Source: Octopus sinensis
Lineage: Eukaryota
Assembly: GCF_006345805.1 (NCBI RefSeq)
Contig: NC_043014.1
Coordinates: forward strand, 16,244,001-16,308,000
Length of the DNA: 64,000 nt
Reading direction: 5' to 3'
Shown: positions 59,411 to 64,000 of the stretch, in pieces
Layout: every line of letters begins with the position of its first letter
Position numbering within the stretch: the stretch's first letter is position 1
The notes under the pieces: generated by a model
Databases searched by the model: none
Told to the model about the DNA's origin: nothing
Seen by the model: the letters and a program-made list of their open reading frames with translations, nothing else
Translations under genes and position numbers: made by a program

Positions 59411-59829
59411 ATATTGTTATATTTCGGAATGGTCATTTTGCCAGTTTAGCCAAAAACAACAAAAACAAAATACAAAAAATACAAATTACATGAACATATA
59501 TAAACAGAAGATATTAATATTACAGGCATCCCCCCACATACACACACTAAATAAACATAAACGCACATAGAGATATAAGCATGCGCAAATGAAGACTTAA
59601 AATAGAAATACAAAATGGCTGACGGTTAGTAAGGAGAGACACGAATAAGAAAGAAGAAAACAAAGGACCACTGATGCGGTCACAGGAGTGTGACGAAAGA
59701 ACTTTGGCCGAAATAAGATTAAGATTAATGTAAAGAATAAATAACACTGAAGCAAAATAACACCAAATATAGTGCGTGTGTTTTTATTGGCTAAACTGGC
59801 AAAATGACCATTCCGAAATATAACAATAT
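59411..59829. repeat. Segment bounded by a perfect 43-bp inverted repeat
   Basis: 59411-59453 = reverse complement of 59787-59829. Confidence 0.9.
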
Positions 59830-59910
59830 ATATATATATATATATATATAGAGGGAGATATATATATATATATAGATAGAGACACACACACACACATACA
59901 TACATGGGTG

Positions 59911-60165
59911 ATCTTTCGTCTCTAGTAGACCTTTCCGTCGATTACACAACATACTGTCTGTCTCCCACACCCCATCAAACACACACACACACACATGTAC
60001 ATCAATGCTCCCATGCACGGTAACTTCAAAAGAACTTCCCTCGTCATACAATCGCTTTCTCTTAGTCTCTTTCGCTCTCATTACTTCAAAAGTTCCCGCA
60101 AGCCCATATGTAAAAAAAAATTTTTTTACGGAAATCGACGGAAAGGTCTACTAGAGACGAAAGAT
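59911..60165. repeat. Segment bounded by a perfect 33-bp inverted repeat
   Basis: 59911-59943 = reverse complement of 60133-60165. Confidence 0.9.
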
Positions 60166-60592
60166 TGCCACATACATGAACAATAAACATTATAGCTTTC
60201 TAAATACATTTTGAGATCAAAAGTATTGATCCGATATTGTTTATAAAATCGTAGTAGTGAGTAGATATAGATATATAAATACACACACACACACATACAT
60301 ATATATATACATACACACTCACATATATATACATGTATGCACACACTATATATGTTTGTATGGTACGTGAGCCCGCACCAACTTAATGGTCAAATATATA
60401 TGCGTGTGTGTGTGTGTATATAGATGTATACACATACACACGTGCATATCAGTAGAAAGCATCTTGCGTGTGTGTGTGTGTGTGTGTGGAAGACTAAGTG
60501 TCTACTAACTTGTTTGGATGAGATGACTTAGTCCACATACATGCTAGCATATATATGTGTGTGTGTGTATATATAAAATATATATATATAGG

Positions 60593-60750
60593 TGCAGGCG
60601 TGGCTGTGTGGTAAGAAGCTTGCTTCTCAACCACATGGTTCTGGGTTCAGTCCCACTGCGTGGCACCTTGGGCAAGTGTCTTCTACTATAGCCTCGAGCC
60701 GACCAAAGACTTGTAAATGGATTTGGTAGACAGAAACTGAAAGAAGCACA
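60593..60750 (+). mobile_element. SINE family A 5' half
   Basis: Head and core. Confidence 0.85.
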
Positions 60751-60757
60751 TCGTATA

Positions 60758-61230
60758 TCATCATCATCATCATCATCAATGTTTAACATGCTTTCCATGC
60801 TGGCATGGGTCGCACAGTTTGACCGAGGACAGCCAGGCTCCAATCTGATCCAGTCAGGTTTCTACAGCAGAATGCTCTTCCTAACACCAGCCACTATATG
60901 TTCCACCGGCACGGAGGCCAGTCAGGTGGTACTGCCAATAGCCACACTCAAATGGTGCTTTTTACGTGGCACTGGCACAGGAGCCAGTCAGGCGGCACTG
61001 GCTTGGGCCACAACTACGATTTCACTTCACTCAATAGGTCTTCTCAAGCACAGCATACTGCCCAATGACTGAAGGGCTCTTTTAAATGGGCTGGTAACGC
61101 AACACTGGCATCAGCTTTGGCTACGATCTCGCTTAGCTTGCCAAGTCTTTTCAAGCATATCTCCAAAGGGTCTCGGTTGCTTGTCATTTGCCTCTGTGAA
61201 GCCCAACATTCGAAGGCCATGCTTCACCAC
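60758..61230 (-). mobile_element. RTE LINE extreme 3' end (ORF end + UTR + (GAT)n)
   Basis: Minus strand WDEVVKHGLRMLGFTE.. followed by UTR and family C tail. Confidence 0.8.
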
Positions 61231-61622
61231 CTCATCCCATGTTTATGTATATAATTATGCATATATTTGCATCTTTGTGCTGGTGTTTGTTTCTCCATCA
61301 CTGCTTGACATTGTTGGTGTGTCTACATTGCTGTAACTTAGCAGTTCAGCAAAAGAGACCAACAGAATAAGTCCGGCGAGAAGGCGGGGTTCGATTTGTT
61401 CCACTAAAAAAACCATTCAAGGTGGTGCTCCAGTATGGCCGCCGTCAAATGACGAAAAACAAATTAAAGAATATATCAGACACACACACACACATATATC
61501 CATATCTATACATGCAAATTCTATATGTATGTGTATATATGTGAAGGTGTTTGGTATAGTGGTTAGAATGGTACATTCATATCTAGCAATCATAGGTTCA
61601 ATTTCTAGATTCGGCAATGCAT

Positions 61623-61655
<33 letters not shown>

Positions 61656-61743
61656 CTTTTACTTTTTTTTTACTCTTTTACTTGTTTCAGTCATTTGACT
61701 GTGGCCATGCTGGAGCAAACTCTACTTACCTTTATATATATAT

Positions 61744-61804
<61 letters not shown>

Positions 61805-62037
61805 CCGCTGGTCTATGTGTATACATGTATGTGTGTGTGTAGAGAGAGAGGGATTATTTGTGAGAGATTATCAATCCATGCTTTCTGTTTGTAAACCAGG
61901 CAAACACCGTGGTTTAGATTGATAAAGAAATTTGTGTATTCTTGTGGCAGGGTCCAATGTTATTGTTCATCATGGTTCTGATGGAAGTAGCATTTTAGGT
62001 CATTCAACATTTCCCAACTGGTCGATGAGCCGACTGA

Positions 62038-62281
62038 GTAAACCTGCCAATATGTTTCTTTATTACCCACAAGGGGCTAAACAAGAACAGACAAAGGGAT
62101 TAAGTCGATTACATCGACCCCAGTGCGTAATTAGTACTTAATTTATCGACCCCGAAAGGATAAAAGGCAAAGTCGACCTCAGCGGAATTTGAACCCAGAA
62201 CGTAACGGCAGACGAAATACGGCTACGCATTTCGCCCGGCGTGCTAACGTTTCTGCCAGCTCGCCTGTAAACCTGCCAATA
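62038..62281 (-). mobile_element. SINE B with a 15-bp target-site duplication
   Basis: gtaaacctgccaata at 62038-62052 and 62267-62281. Confidence 0.92.
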
Positions 62282-63176
62282 ACGAACCTATAATTGCTAC
62301 TGGAAACAGCTGCAAGTCAGGTTAACTACAGTATAGAGAAATAGGTAATGGCCGTTATTTATACCTTGTCTTGAATATATATATGTGTGTGTGCTTGGTG
62401 TGATTAAAATTTGGCACAGAAGTACGACAAAGGATCCCAGGAAAATTCTTACACACCATGTGGATATGCTCATCCCTCATCGGTTCTCATTGAAAAATCA
62501 TAATTTTGCACCTTTACTGATAAGATTATTTTGGGGGTGTCAACAGCAGCAAAAGGACTGCAGGGGTTTGAGTGAGCAAATGCAAAGGGCAGTGAAGGAG
62601 ACAAACAATAAAATGAGACCAGATCACAAACAACCTGGGTAAATGGTGCGAATATACGACAAGCTGGCTTGTGGAATTAACGTGCTGGTAAGTACCTGAG
62701 TGCTCCACTCCATGGCTTAGTGGTTAGGATGTTGCACTCACAATTATGAGGTTGTGGTTTCAATTCCTAGACTGGGTGGTGTGTTGTTTTCTGGGGCAAA
62801 ACTTTTTGCTCTGCAATCACTTCTTCCATTGCTCCATTTCGAGTTCAAATTCCGTTGAGGTCAACTTTGCCCTTCATCCTTTCAGGGATCAATAAATTAA
62901 GTACCAGTGAAACACTGAAGTCTATATGATCAACTTACATATCTGTAATTAATATACAAACACATATAGAAAATATATAACTTTTCTGCAGTTTTTTTAA
63001 AACACAGCAATGAAAAGGTGATAGATTCTTTATGTGTGTGTGTGTGTTATAAATTAATTAATATCCTCAATTAAGTGTGTAGTAAAAGTAATTGATATAC
63101 ATACGTGAGTGTAAAAGGCAAAATTATCCAAAAAGATAATTTTTTTCTTTCAGAGAAATGAGTTTTTTCCAATCCA

Positions 63177-63247
<71 letters not shown>

Positions 63248-64000
63248 AGTATATTATTATATATACAATATGCAATAATATATATACTACTAATATATAT
63301 ATATATACAAGAGAAGTAAGTTCTTTTTTTTTTCGTAAGGATTTAAATTCCAAAAGGGGTTAAGTTTCGATGTAGATTGTCTTAATCCTGCGCGGACCGT
63401 CCTAAGTGTGAAAGCAGGTCCCTTCTCTCTCACCCTTCTCGGTAAAAAGTAACTTCTCCCTCTCTCTCCCCTCCACCCCGTTTCATCCTCCTCCTCTCCT
63501 CCTCCTCCCAGAGTCACACACACAGGCAGACACGCGTGTGCACACACACACACACAGACACACACACACAGAGTTTAAGCAGTGTTGGAGGATGGAGAAC
63601 GGCCTTATGTCATGTGTTTATGTGCATATATGTATGTCACTTTGTGTACATATATGTGTGTGTGTGTGTGTGTATGTTGGGATATGAGAGAGAAAGAAAG
63701 AGAAAAGGTGTGTGAGAGAGAGAGAGAGGGGTGGAAGAGGAAAAAGAGAGAGAGGGAGAAAGAGATATATGGTGATGTTGGTGGAGGAAGAGGAAAGGAG
63801 AGAGTCAAAGAAACAGTCACACAGAGAGAGAGAGACACACACACACACACACACACACAGGTACAATCAGGGAGGGAGAGAGTGTGTGTGTGCTTGAAAA
63901 TGAGAAACAGATATGGCGGTGGCGGCGTCGGTGGTGAAATGGGAAGGGGAAGGTAAAGAAACAAGGAGACAGAGAGTGAGAGAGATAAGAGTGGATGGAA

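Noticed and set aside
63300-64000. Possible promoter or non-coding first exon of the dystroglycan-like gene
   Set aside because: It is GA-rich and slightly CpG-richer, but no convincing minus-strand donor was found; it cannot be supported without transcript data.

Overview
AT-rich, repeat-dense animal DNA, most likely octopus. That assignment is inferred from the huge (TA)n/(CA)n tracts and the recurring tRNA-headed SINE families; no database search was run. There is one host gene, a dystroglycan-like gene on the minus strand. It has coding exon 1 at 44223-43765, a 17.9-kb intron at the same position as in vertebrate DAG1, and a large coding exon 2 at 25829-23823, giving about 821 aa. The gene is unusual in three ways: the alpha-subunit mucin domain is nearly gone, a 5x54-bp Thr-rich repeat sits in the beta ectodomain, and the dystrophin-binding PPPYVPP tail is present but out of frame behind a premature stop (a cryptic 86-nt intron could restore it). 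The rest of the window is mobile or repetitive DNA: R4/Dong, CR1-type, RTE and Hero-like LINE fragments; a full-length decayed Helitron inserted into a SINE plus non-autonomous Helitrons; Tc1/mariner and piggyBac-like remnants; two SINE families; a 9.3-kb 157-bp satellite with higher-order repeats; an 820-bp near-perfect palindrome inside an older inverted duplication just 3' of the gene; and a minimal hammerhead ribozyme motif with several decayed look-alikes. Most short ORFs in the track are microsatellite or satellite artefacts. Boundaries of degraded repeats are approximate.
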